64,000 bases of DNA. Origin: Candidatus Saccharimonadales bacterium. Its GTDB lineage: Bacteria > Chloroflexota > Limnocylindria > P2-11E. The first letter of the stretch is position 1. Each line of letters opens with the position of its first letter. The notes beneath the pieces were generated by a model. That model saw only the letters and a program-made list of their open reading frames with translations, was not told the origin of the DNA and searched no databases. The translations under genes and the position numbers were made by a program. This document shows positions 18,700 to 26,364 of this stretch, piece by piece. The stretch lies in the NCBI GenBank assembly GCA_035493615.1, contig DATJHW010000082.1, positions 766 to 64,765 on the forward strand, read 5' to 3'.

Positions 18700-19058
18700 G
18701 ATGCGGCGTCCGCCTTCGATGACCCGCCGCTCTTGGTCCCGCCCGCGCGCTTCATGTCGGTCGCCGGTTTCGCGTCGGCCGCGGGCTTCGACTCTCCAGC
18801 GGGCTTCGCGTCGGACCCGGGCTTCTGTGCGGCGTCCGTCGCTGCCTCGCCCGGCTTGCTCTCGCCGCCGTCCTTCTGCGCGGGCCGGCTGTCGGTCTTG
18901 TACCAGCCCCCACCCTTGAACACGATCGCCGGCATCGCCATGAGCTTGCGCGGACGTTTGCCGCAGCTTGGACACCGCTCGAGTGTCGCGTCGGTGTACG
19001 ACTGGACAGCCGAGAACGTGTGACCGCAGTGGTCGCAGTGGTAGTCATAGATCGGCAT
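18696..19058 (-). CDS. FmdB-family zinc-ribbon regulatory protein
   Basis: MPIYDYHCDHCGHTF...CPSCG (CxxC...CxxC), then GGGWYKTD and a low-complexity K/P/A/G tail. SD AGGGGG lies upstream of ATG 19058. Confidence 0.8.
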   Translation of the reverse strand: MPIYDYHCDHCGHTFSAVQSYTDATLERCPSCGKRPRKLMAMPAIVFKGGGWYKTDSRPAQKDGGESKPGEAATDAAQKPGSDAKPAGESKPAADAKPATDMKRAGGTKSGGSSKADAAS

Positions 19059-19096
19059 TCGCCCCCTATCATCGCAGCACGGTGAGGGCTTCCGTC

Positions 19097-20113
19097 ATGA
19101 CGCGCCCCGCGGCCGGCGCGGCCCGCCGCCGTCGCATCCTCGGGGAGAACGTCCTCGCCTACGCGTTCGTCCTTCCGGCGATCATCGTCATCCTCATCTT
19201 CCAGTTCCTTCCGGGCTTCGCGGCGGTCTACATGTCGCTGTTCCGGTGGGACATCGTCCAGGGCGCGTTCCGCGGGCTCGACAACTACCAGACCGTGCTC
19301 GTCGGCGCGCGGGCCGAGGAGTTCTGGCAGTCGCTGTCCGTGACGCTCACCTACACCGTCATCACGGTGCCGGTCGAGATCGTCCTGTCGCTCGTGCTGG
19401 CGTACCTGCTGTTCCAGAAGATGCGCGGCCGCGGGATCTACCGGACCCTGTACTACCTCCCGTACATCACGTCGGTGATCGCGGCCTCGGTGATCTTCAA
19501 CTGGCTCATGAACCCGAGCTACGGGCTGTTCAACACGATCCTTGGCTTCGTCGGGATCGGGCCGCAGCGGTGGCTCGACGAGCCGCGGGGGGTCATCGAG
19601 CTGATCGCAGGGTCGTTCGGCTGGACGCTGCCGGATTGGTCGCCGTTCGCCGCGGGCAGCCAGTTCCATCAATCGATCCTCGCCGGACCGAGCCTCGCGC
19701 TCGTGGGCGTGTCCATTTACACGATCTGGCACTACATCGGCTTTCAGGTGGTGATCTTCCTCGCCGGCCTGGGAAACATCTCGAACGAGTACTACGAGGC
19801 CGCGCGGCTGGATGGTGCCTCCGAGCGCCAGATCTTCACCAAGATCACCCTGCCCCTCCTCAGCCCGACCACCTTCTTCGTCGCCACGATCGCCACGATC
19901 GGCTCGCTGAAGGCCTTCAACCAGATCTACACGATGACCAACGGCGGGCCGCTGGAGACGACCAAGACCCTGGGGTACGAGATCTTCCACGTGTTCTTCC
20001 AGCAAGGCCGGATCGATCTCGGCGCCGCGATGGCGGTGCTGCTCACGGTGATCATCCTCGGCTTCACGGTGTTCCAGTTCCGCGTGGCCGAACGGCGCGT
20101 GCATTATGGCTAG
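19097..20113 (+). CDS. Carbohydrate ABC transporter permease (CUT1, MalF/UgpA-like)
   Basis: ORF 18968..20113, trimmed to ATG 19097 (MTRPAAGAARRRRILGENVLAYAFVLPA...). EAA loop YYEAARLDGASERQIFTKITLPLL. Confidence 0.85.
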   Translation: MTRPAAGAARRRRILGENVLAYAFVLPAIIVILIFQFLPGFAAVYMSLFRWDIVQGAFRGLDNYQTVLVGARAEEFWQSLSVTLTYTVITVPVEIVLSLVLAYLLFQKMRGRGIYRTLYYLPYITSVIAASVIFNWLMNPSYGLFNTILGFVGIGPQRWLDEPRGVIELIAGSFGWTLPDWSPFAAGSQFHQSILAGPSLALVGVSIYTIWHYIGFQVVIFLAGLGNISNEYYEAARLDGASERQIFTKITLPLLSPTTFFVATIATIGSLKAFNQIYTMTNGGPLETTKTLGYEIFHVFFQQGRIDLGAAMAVLLTVIILGFTVFQFRVAERRVHYG

Positions 20114-20966
20114 CGCCGCGGTCGCGCGGCCATCGGGCATCCCGCGGGTCCGCCCACGGACCGTGGTGAAGCACGTCGTGCTCGCGGCGGTCGCGATCGT
20201 GATCGCGTTCCCGTTCTACTGGATGATCTCGACGGCGTTCAAAAGCTTCTTCGAGGCCACCCAGTTCCCGCCGACCGCGTTCCCCCACGAGCTGCACTTC
20301 GAGAACTTCGCGATCGCCTGGGGCGACGCGCCCTGGGCCGGCTTCTTCCGCAACACGCTGCTCATCGGGGTGGTCGTGACGCTCGGCGAGCTCACGACAT
20401 CGGTCCTCGCGGCCTACGCATTCGCGCGGATGAACTTCAAAGGAAAAGGCGCGATCTTCTTCATCCTGCTCGCCACCTACATGATCCCGGGCGAGGCGAC
20501 GCTCATCCCGAACTTCGTCCTCGTCACGAAGTACCTCAAGATCGCGGACACCCTCCAGGTCCAGATCATCCCGTTCCTCGCGTCCGTCTTCTCGGTGTTC
20601 CTCCTGCGCCAGCATTTCCGGTCGATCCCGAACGAGCTGGCCGACGCGGCGAAGGTCGACGGCGCCGGACACCTTCGATTCCTCTGGGGTGTCGTGCTTC
20701 CGCTTTCGATCCCCGTCCTGGTCACGGTCACCTTGATCACCGGGCTCGGTGTGTACGACGCCTTCCTGTGGCCGCTCCTGGTGACCAACAGCGACGCGGT
20801 CAGACCGGTCCAGGTGGGAATGGCGCAGTTCCGCACAGAATTTGGGGCGCAATATCATCTCGAGATGGCGGCGGCGACCTTCGTGATCGCCCCTGTCGTC
20901 GTGATCTTCCTGTTCGCGCAGCGATACCTGATCCAAGGTGTGGCGAGGACCGGTATCCGTGGCTAG
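20106..20966 (+). CDS. Carbohydrate ABC transporter permease (CUT1, MalG/UgpE-like)
   Basis: EAA loop ELADAAKVDGAGHLRFLWGVVLPL. 8-nt overlap with the upstream permease gene. Confidence 0.85.
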   Translation: MASAAVARPSGIPRVRPRTVVKHVVLAAVAIVIAFPFYWMISTAFKSFFEATQFPPTAFPHELHFENFAIAWGDAPWAGFFRNTLLIGVVVTLGELTTSVLAAYAFARMNFKGKGAIFFILLATYMIPGEATLIPNFVLVTKYLKIADTLQVQIIPFLASVFSVFLLRQHFRSIPNELADAAKVDGAGHLRFLWGVVLPLSIPVLVTVTLITGLGVYDAFLWPLLVTNSDAVRPVQVGMAQFRTEFGAQYHLEMAAATFVIAPVVVIFLFAQRYLIQGVARTGIRG

Positions 20967-21025
20967 GGCTGATTCGTATCGATGTGCGTAGCGAGTAGAA
21001 GCGGGGAATTGACGGAGGGGTGGTC

Positions 21026-22354
21026 ATGCGGTTGAAGCTTGCGGTCATCGCGGCGGTCATGGTCGTCGCCCAGGCGTGCAGCGGGGCTGCGTCGCCGGCG
21101 CCGGCCCAGTCCACTCAGGCGGACATCGACCTTTCGGGCGCGCCGGTCGCGCTCACGCTCTGGCACACCCAGACCGGCGCGAACGCCGCGGCGCTCCAGG
21201 CCATGGTCGACCGCTTCAACTCGACCAACGGCAAGGGCATCACGGTGACGCTCCAGTACCAGGGCAGCTACACGCAGCTCTACCAGAAGAACCTCTCGGC
21301 CATCCAGGCCGGCGCGCTGCCCGAGCTCGCCGTCGCGTACGAGAGCTTCGTGGCCGACTACATGAAGGCCGACGTGGTCCTCAACCTCGACCCGTACGTG
21401 AACTCCGCGAAGAACGGCCTCTCCAAGGAGTCGCAGGCCGACATCTACAAGCCGTACTACGACACGAACCGCTTCCCGCAGTTCGGCAACCAGCTGCTCT
21501 CGTTCCCGTTCACGAAGTCGCTGTTCCTCCAGTACAACAACGAGGACATCCTCAAGGAGATCGGGAAGAGCGACCCGAAGACCTGGGATGAGTTCGAGGC
21601 GACCGCCAAGGCCGCGAGCAAGGTCGGGCCCGACGGGAAGCCGACCCGCTATGGCTGGGCGATCACGATCAACGCGTCCAACTTCAACGGTTGGGTCCTC
21701 TCGCGCGGCGGCCAGCTCATGAGCGCCGACCAGAAGACCGTCGCGTGGGACCAGCAGCCCGCGATCGACGCCGTCACGATGATGAAGCGCATGATCGACA
21801 ACGGCAGCGCGTACGTGCCGAAGGGCTTCGACTACCAGACCGACTTCGGCACCGGGAAGGCCGCGTTCGTCCAGGAGTCGAGCACCGGCCGGCCGTTCTT
21901 CGTCTCGAGCTTCAAGCAGCCGATCAACTGGAGCCTCTCGAGCATCCCGCAGAAGGACCCGGCCAAGGCACAGACGGTCCAGTACGGGGCGAACATCGCG
22001 ATCTTCAAGAGCACCCCGGAAAAGCAGCTCGCCTCGTGGCTGTTCGTGAAGTGGTTCTCTGACGCCGCGCAGACCGCCGAGTGGGCCGTGAAGTCGAGCT
22101 ACATGCCGGTCCGCAAGAGCGCGCAGGACACCGACACGCTCAAGAACGCGTGGAAGACCGACGTCCAGGGCAAGCAGGCGTTCGACCTGATCGGGACGAG
22201 CGTCCCCGAGCCGAACGTCCGCGGCCAGCAGGACATCCGCACGGTCATCGAGGACATGCTCAACGCGGTCGTGGCCGGCAAGGTCACCGACATCCCGGCA
22301 GCCGTGAAGGCCGCGGGCGTGAAGGCGAACCAGATCCTCAAGGACAACCAGTAG
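21026..22354 (+). CDS. ABC transporter extracellular solute-binding lipoprotein (family 1, sugar-type)
   Basis: ATG 21026 lies 5 nt after SD GGAGGGG (the track starts at GTG 21020). Signal peptide with lipobox VVAQAC. Family-1 SBP-like sequence. No ATPase gene in the cluster. Confidence 0.85.
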   Translation: MRLKLAVIAAVMVVAQACSGAASPAPAQSTQADIDLSGAPVALTLWHTQTGANAAALQAMVDRFNSTNGKGITVTLQYQGSYTQLYQKNLSAIQAGALPELAVAYESFVADYMKADVVLNLDPYVNSAKNGLSKESQADIYKPYYDTNRFPQFGNQLLSFPFTKSLFLQYNNEDILKEIGKSDPKTWDEFEATAKAASKVGPDGKPTRYGWAITINASNFNGWVLSRGGQLMSADQKTVAWDQQPAIDAVTMMKRMIDNGSAYVPKGFDYQTDFGTGKAAFVQESSTGRPFFVSSFKQPINWSLSSIPQKDPAKAQTVQYGANIAIFKSTPEKQLASWLFVKWFSDAAQTAEWAVKSSYMPVRKSAQDTDTLKNAWKTDVQGKQAFDLIGTSVPEPNVRGQQDIRTVIEDMLNAVVAGKVTDIPAAVKAAGVKANQILKDNQ

Positions 22355-22421
22355 GCGGAGCCTGCTGAGAACCCCTGCTTCGCAGGGTGCCAGTAGCCGT
22401 CACCGCGATCATGCGATAACG

Positions 22422-22449
22422 AGAAGGCGGGGTGTAAGCCCCGCCTTCT
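22422..22449. terminator. Intrinsic terminator hairpin between convergent genes (U-tract on the plus-strand side)
   Basis: AGAAGGCGGGG-TGTAAG-CCCCGCCTTCT is an 11-bp perfect stem followed by TCTATTTCT on the plus strand. It lies between the SBP stop (22354) and the stop of the minus-strand gene (22451). Confidence 0.55.
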
Positions 22450-22450
22450 T

Positions 22451-22867
22451 CTATTTCTGCGGGCGCGGCGCCGGCGCGCGGTCCGGGAGCAGCCACGGAA
22501 GCGCCTCGGCCAGCGGCTCGACGAGCTCCGCGTACTGCTCTCGCGAGAGGTGCTCCTTCGCGAAGAGCCCGAGGGCCGCACCGAATGCGGCACTCTCGGC
22601 CTTGTGTCCGAGCTGGCCGTGCCGGGCCCTCCAGTTGACCAGCGCGCCGGATGCCTCGGTCAGACCGAACAATCTCCGGCGGAGATCTTCCCACCCCGGC
22701 CCGAGATCGTGTTGTTCGATCTGCGCGAGCGCGGCCTTCTCCGCGCGGTGATAGGCATCGAGGCCGCGAGACCCGTGCCGGTCCCAGCCCCACGCGGCGC
22801 GCTCGATGCCATTCGTGTCGAACACGCGGAGGTCGGCGGCCAGCCGGTCAAGGTCGCTCTGCGCCAT
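22451..22867 (-). CDS. Hypothetical protein (138 aa)
   Basis: ORF 22451..22900, trimmed to ATG 22867 (MAQSDLDRLAADL...), which overlaps the stop of the upstream phosphatase gene (TGATG). High GC3. No family recognised. Confidence 0.5.
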   Translation of the reverse strand: MAQSDLDRLAADLRVFDTNGIERAAWGWDRHGSRGLDAYHRAEKAALAQIEQHDLGPGWEDLRRRLFGLTEASGALVNWRARHGQLGHKAESAAFGAALGLFAKEHLSREQYAELVEPLAEALPWLLPDRAPAPRPQK

Positions 22868-23409
22868 CAAGGGGAGGTTGCAGCCGTCCGGTAGAGCCAA
22901 CCGGGTTGCCAGTCGAAGGGCGCGTCAACGAGCTCCTCGAGGGTGCGGCCGGCGAGGAGGTGGTCGAGTGCCCAGCGCGTGGCCGAGTGGCCGATGACGA
23001 CGATCCGGCGGCCGTCGAACGGCACGAGATCGCCAAGGAAGCCGCGAACCCGTTCGACGACCTGCCGATAGCTCTCACCAGCGGGGAACGGCGTCGCGAT
23101 GAATCGCGAACGCGGCGCGAGCGTCTCGACCGGTGCTCCGTTCAGGTCCCCGTAGTCGCATTCCCGCAGGCGCGGGTCGGCGCGGATCGGCAATCCCGAG
23201 CCGTCGAACGCGATCACGGCCGTCTCGACGGCTCGCGCGAGGTCGGAGGTGAAGACGGCGACCAGACCGTCGTCCCGCCGGCGCGCACCGAGCTCTCGCG
23301 CAAGGCTCCGGCCGCGTTCGGACAGCCGCCCCGGCAGCCACCCCGTCGCGACGCCACGCTCATTGTCTTCGCTGATCGAATGCGTCTCGAACAGGATCTC
23401 GACGGCCAT
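22867..23409 (-). CDS. Histidine phosphatase superfamily protein (phosphoglycerate mutase-like), variant N-terminal motif
   Basis: TSDLARAVETA, LRECDYG and VVIGHSATRWAL match branch-1 histidine phosphatases. The N-terminal RHG motif reads THS (ILFETHSIS). Confidence 0.7.
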   Translation of the reverse strand: MAVEILFETHSISEDNERGVATGWLPGRLSERGRSLARELGARRRDDGLVAVFTSDLARAVETAVIAFDGSGLPIRADPRLRECDYGDLNGAPVETLAPRSRFIATPFPAGESYRQVVERVRGFLGDLVPFDGRRIVVIGHSATRWALDHLLAGRTLEELVDAPFDWQPGWLYRTAATSP

Positions 23410-23413
23410 GGCC

Positions 23414-26119
23414 CTACCCCAGCCGGTCGAGCTCGGTCTGCAGCGACGCGACAGCGGCCTCCCGTTCGGCGAGCGCAGCTTTCGTCTTTTCGACCACGGC
23501 GGCGGGCGCGCGCGCGCTGAAGCTCGGATCGGCGATGAGGCCGCGCGACCGCTCGAGCAGGCCCCGAGCCGCGGCGAGCTCCTTCTCCAGGCGGGCGCGG
23601 TCGGCGGTGGCGTCGCGGGGCACCTCGACCCGCACTTCGACGGCCCGAACGAGCGTCGGTGCCGAATCGCCTGGTCCGAAGCGCACGTCCGCGCCGGTGA
23701 GGGACGCGATGATGTCCGCGAACGGCCGGAGCGCGGCGGCGTCTCCCCCCAGCGCGACCCGCACCGTCATCCGCGGGTCGATGCCTGCTTCCTGCCGGCG
23801 CTCGCGGATCCGGCGGACGACCTCGATCGCCAGGCCAAAGCGGTCTTCGAGCTCGGCATCGCGGGTCCCGGGCTTCGGCCACGCCGACAGCACGAGCGAC
23901 GGCGCGCGGTCGGACTTCGAGCCGTGCTGCCAGAGCTGGAGGGCCAGCGTCTCGGTCACGAACGGGATGCTCGGGTGCGCGAGCCGTAGCACGCGGTCGA
24001 GAACGTAGGCGAGCGTGCGCACGGCTGCGTCCTCGGATCCGGCCGCCCGACGCTGGGGCTTCGCGAGCTCGACGTAGAAGTCGGCGAGCTCGGTCCAGAT
24101 GAATTGCTGGAGCGCGGTCGCGTATTCGCCGAACTGGTACTGCTCGATCAGCCGGGTGAGCTCCTCGACCGCCGCTTCGGTCCGCGAGAGGATCCACCGG
24201 TCCGCCTCGGTGAGGTCCGCGCCCGACGGCACCACGTCGATCGGCCCGGCCAGCGCGGCCGGGCGAGCCTCGAGCTGCGCGAGCACGAACCGTCCGACGT
24301 TCCAGAGCTTGTTGACGAAGCGGCGGCCGTTCTCGAGCTTGCCCTCGGAGAACTCGCTGTCCGCGCCCGCGGCGATGCCGTTCACCAGCGCGTAGCGCAG
24401 CGCATCCGCGCCGTGCTCCTCCATCATCTCGACCGGGCTCACCACGTTGCCCTTCGACTTGCTCATCTTCAGGCCCTCCGTCCGCACGAGCCCGTGGAGG
24501 TAGACGACTCCGAACGGCACGTCGCCCATGTTCTGGATGCCCATCATCAACATGCGGGCGACCCAGAAGAACAGGATGTCGTAGCCCGTCTCGAGCACCG
24601 AGCCCGGGTAGAACCGCGCGAGGTCCTCGGTCTGCTCCGGCCAGCCGAGCGTCGAGTGCGGCCACAGCGCCGAGCTGAACCACGTGTCGAGCACGTCCGG
24701 GTCCTGCCGCAGGTCGTGCGAGCGGCACTTCGGGCACGTCGTCGGATCTGGGGCATCCTCGTCCGGGACCACGATCTCGTTGCAGTCCTGGCAGTACCAG
24801 ACCGGAATGGAATGGCCCCACCAGATCTGGCGGGACACCGGCCAGTCCCGGATGTTCTCCATCCACTCGAAGTAGATCTTCTCCTGGTACTTCGGGATGA
24901 TCCGCACCGTGCCGTCGCGCACCGCGGCGATCGCCGGCTTCGCGAGCGGTTTCATCTTCATCCACCACTGCTTCATCACGAGCGGCTCGTCGACGGTCTC
25001 GCACCGATCGTGGATCCCGACGTTGTGCGTGATCGGCTCCTGGCGCATGAGCAGGCCCTTCTCCTTGAGCCGCTCGATCATCGCCGCCCTCGCCGCGTCG
25101 CGATCGAGCCCCGCGAGCGGACCGGCGGCCGGCGTCATGAATCCGCGCGTGTCGATGGCCGAGAGCACCTGGAGCCCGTGACGCTGACCGATGTCGAAGT
25201 CCGTCGCGTCGTGGCCGGGCGTGACCTTGAGCGCGCCGGTCCCGAACTCACGGTCCACAGCCTCGTCGCCGATGATCTTCACCTTGCGCTCGGATACCGG
25301 CACGAGCACCTCTTTGCCGATGAACCCCTTCCAGCGAGGGTCATCGGGGTGCACGGCCACCGCGGTGTCGGCCACGATCGTCTCCGGCCGCGTCGTCGCG
25401 ACGATCACGTCGGGGGTGCCGGACGGCATGGCCTGGGCCCACGGGTACCGCACGTAGCTCAGCTGGTCGGTCCGCACGACGTGCAGCGACTCGAGGTCCG
25501 AATACGTCGTCTGGCAGGTGAGGCACCAGTGGACGATCCGGTCGGCGCGGTAGAGATGGCCGTTCCGGTAGAGCCGGATGAAGTGGATGCGCACCCGGCG
25601 CTGCATGTCGGGATCCATCGTGAAGTGCACGCGCGTCCAGTCGAGACTGCAGCCCAGCATCCGGAGCTGCTTGTAGATCCTCGGCTTGTAGTGCTCCATC
25701 CAGCGCCACATCTCGGCGAGGAACTCGTCCCGTGAGAGGCCGAGCGTGGGCGAGGTCGTCATGTTCGTGCGCCCGGCGCCCTCCTTCGCGAGCTCCTTCT
25801 CGACCACGATCTGGGCGATGATCCCGGCGTGGTCGGAGCCCGGCAGCCAGAGCGTCGGCTCGCCGCGCATCCGGTGCCAGCGAGCCATGAGGTCTTCGTA
25901 CCCGCCGAAGCCGAGGGCATGCCCGAGATGGAGGTCGCCGGTCACGTTCGGTAGCGGCAGCATCATCACGAACGGCGTCTCGCCGGGTCGCTTCGGTCCG
26001 GGCGTGAAGAAGCCGGACGATTCCCACCAGTCGTAGAGGAACGTCTCGACGGCGCTCGCGTCGAAGTTCTTGCCGCGGTATTCGAGGACCGCTCGCGGTG
26101 CCTCGCTCCGGATCGCCAT
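23414..26119 (-). CDS. valS: Valine--tRNA ligase
   Basis: ORF 23414..26200, trimmed to ATG 26119 behind SD GAGAGGAGG. HIGH motif (PNVTGDLHLGHAL), KMSKS motif (LKMSKSKGN) and a C-terminal coiled coil. Confidence 0.95.
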   Translation of the reverse strand: MAIRSEAPRAVLEYRGKNFDASAVETFLYDWWESSGFFTPGPKRPGETPFVMMLPLPNVTGDLHLGHALGFGGYEDLMARWHRMRGEPTLWLPGSDHAGIIAQIVVEKELAKEGAGRTNMTTSPTLGLSRDEFLAEMWRWMEHYKPRIYKQLRMLGCSLDWTRVHFTMDPDMQRRVRIHFIRLYRNGHLYRADRIVHWCLTCQTTYSDLESLHVVRTDQLSYVRYPWAQAMPSGTPDVIVATTRPETIVADTAVAVHPDDPRWKGFIGKEVLVPVSERKVKIIGDEAVDREFGTGALKVTPGHDATDFDIGQRHGLQVLSAIDTRGFMTPAAGPLAGLDRDAARAAMIERLKEKGLLMRQEPITHNVGIHDRCETVDEPLVMKQWWMKMKPLAKPAIAAVRDGTVRIIPKYQEKIYFEWMENIRDWPVSRQIWWGHSIPVWYCQDCNEIVVPDEDAPDPTTCPKCRSHDLRQDPDVLDTWFSSALWPHSTLGWPEQTEDLARFYPGSVLETGYDILFFWVARMLMMGIQNMGDVPFGVVYLHGLVRTEGLKMSKSKGNVVSPVEMMEEHGADALRYALVNGIAAGADSEFSEGKLENGRRFVNKLWNVGRFVLAQLEARPAALAGPIDVVPSGADLTEADRWILSRTEAAVEELTRLIEQYQFGEYATALQQFIWTELADFYVELAKPQRRAAGSEDAAVRTLAYVLDRVLRLAHPSIPFVTETLALQLWQHGSKSDRAPSLVLSAWPKPGTRDAELEDRFGLAIEVVRRIRERRQEAGIDPRMTVRVALGGDAAALRPFADIIASLTGADVRFGPGDSAPTLVRAVEVRVEVPRDATADRARLEKELAAARGLLERSRGLIADPSFSARAPAAVVEKTKAALAEREAAVASLQTELDRLG

Positions 26120-26352
26120 CGTCGCCTCCTCTCTGACAACAACAAAGCCGTCGTCCGAACAGGACGACGGCTGATGCCGCGTGGTACCACCTGAGTTCAC
26201 GTTCGCTCCCGCGAACGCCTCATCCGCGCTTTACCGGGCGCACCCGATCCGGCTCGCGGGCGACTTCCCTGCTCCGGTGCCGCGGCCCGCTTCCAGTCGC
26301 GTCGGGCCTTCCCTGTCGGTCGGGGCTCGGTACTCCTCCCGGTCGCCGCCGG
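26120..26352 (-). promoter_or_regulatory. T-box riboswitch leader (Val-specific; specifier GUC) controlling valS
   Basis: The minus strand shows a Stem I specifier loop closed by CGGG/CCCG, with AGGAGUA on the 5' side and GGGAA-GUC-G on the 3' side (GUC at 26264-26262). Stem III is CGUUCGC-GGGA-GCGAACG. The T-box sequence is AACUCAGGUGGUACCACGCGG (26191-26178 core) with a UGGU bulge. An alternative antiterminator/terminator pairing is present. Confidence 0.85.
26136..26171 (-). terminator. T-box attenuator terminator upstream of the valS RBS
   Basis: Minus strand GCCGUCGUCC-UGUUC-GGACGACGGC followed by UUUGUUGUUGU. Its 5' arm is shared with the 3' strand of the antiterminator (CCG(U)CGU-CCUG pairs with ACGCGG and CAGG of the T-box). 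Confidence 0.8.
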
Positions 26353-26364
26353 TCTGGGATCAGT

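Noticed and set aside
18968-19096. N-terminal extensions of track ORFs: 43 aa on the first ABC permease. The same applies to 927-1121, 3607-3825, 15419..16846 (extension 16715-16846), 26120-26200, 32423-32488, 40106..41719 (extension 41609-41719), 43908-44027 and 54358..55593 (extension 55378-55593).
   Set aside because: The extensions are low-complexity or Arg-rich and overlap neighbouring genes or regulatory RNA, for example the T-box. They precede an internal ATG/GTG that has a good SD or a 4-nt stop/start overlap and matches the family N-terminus.
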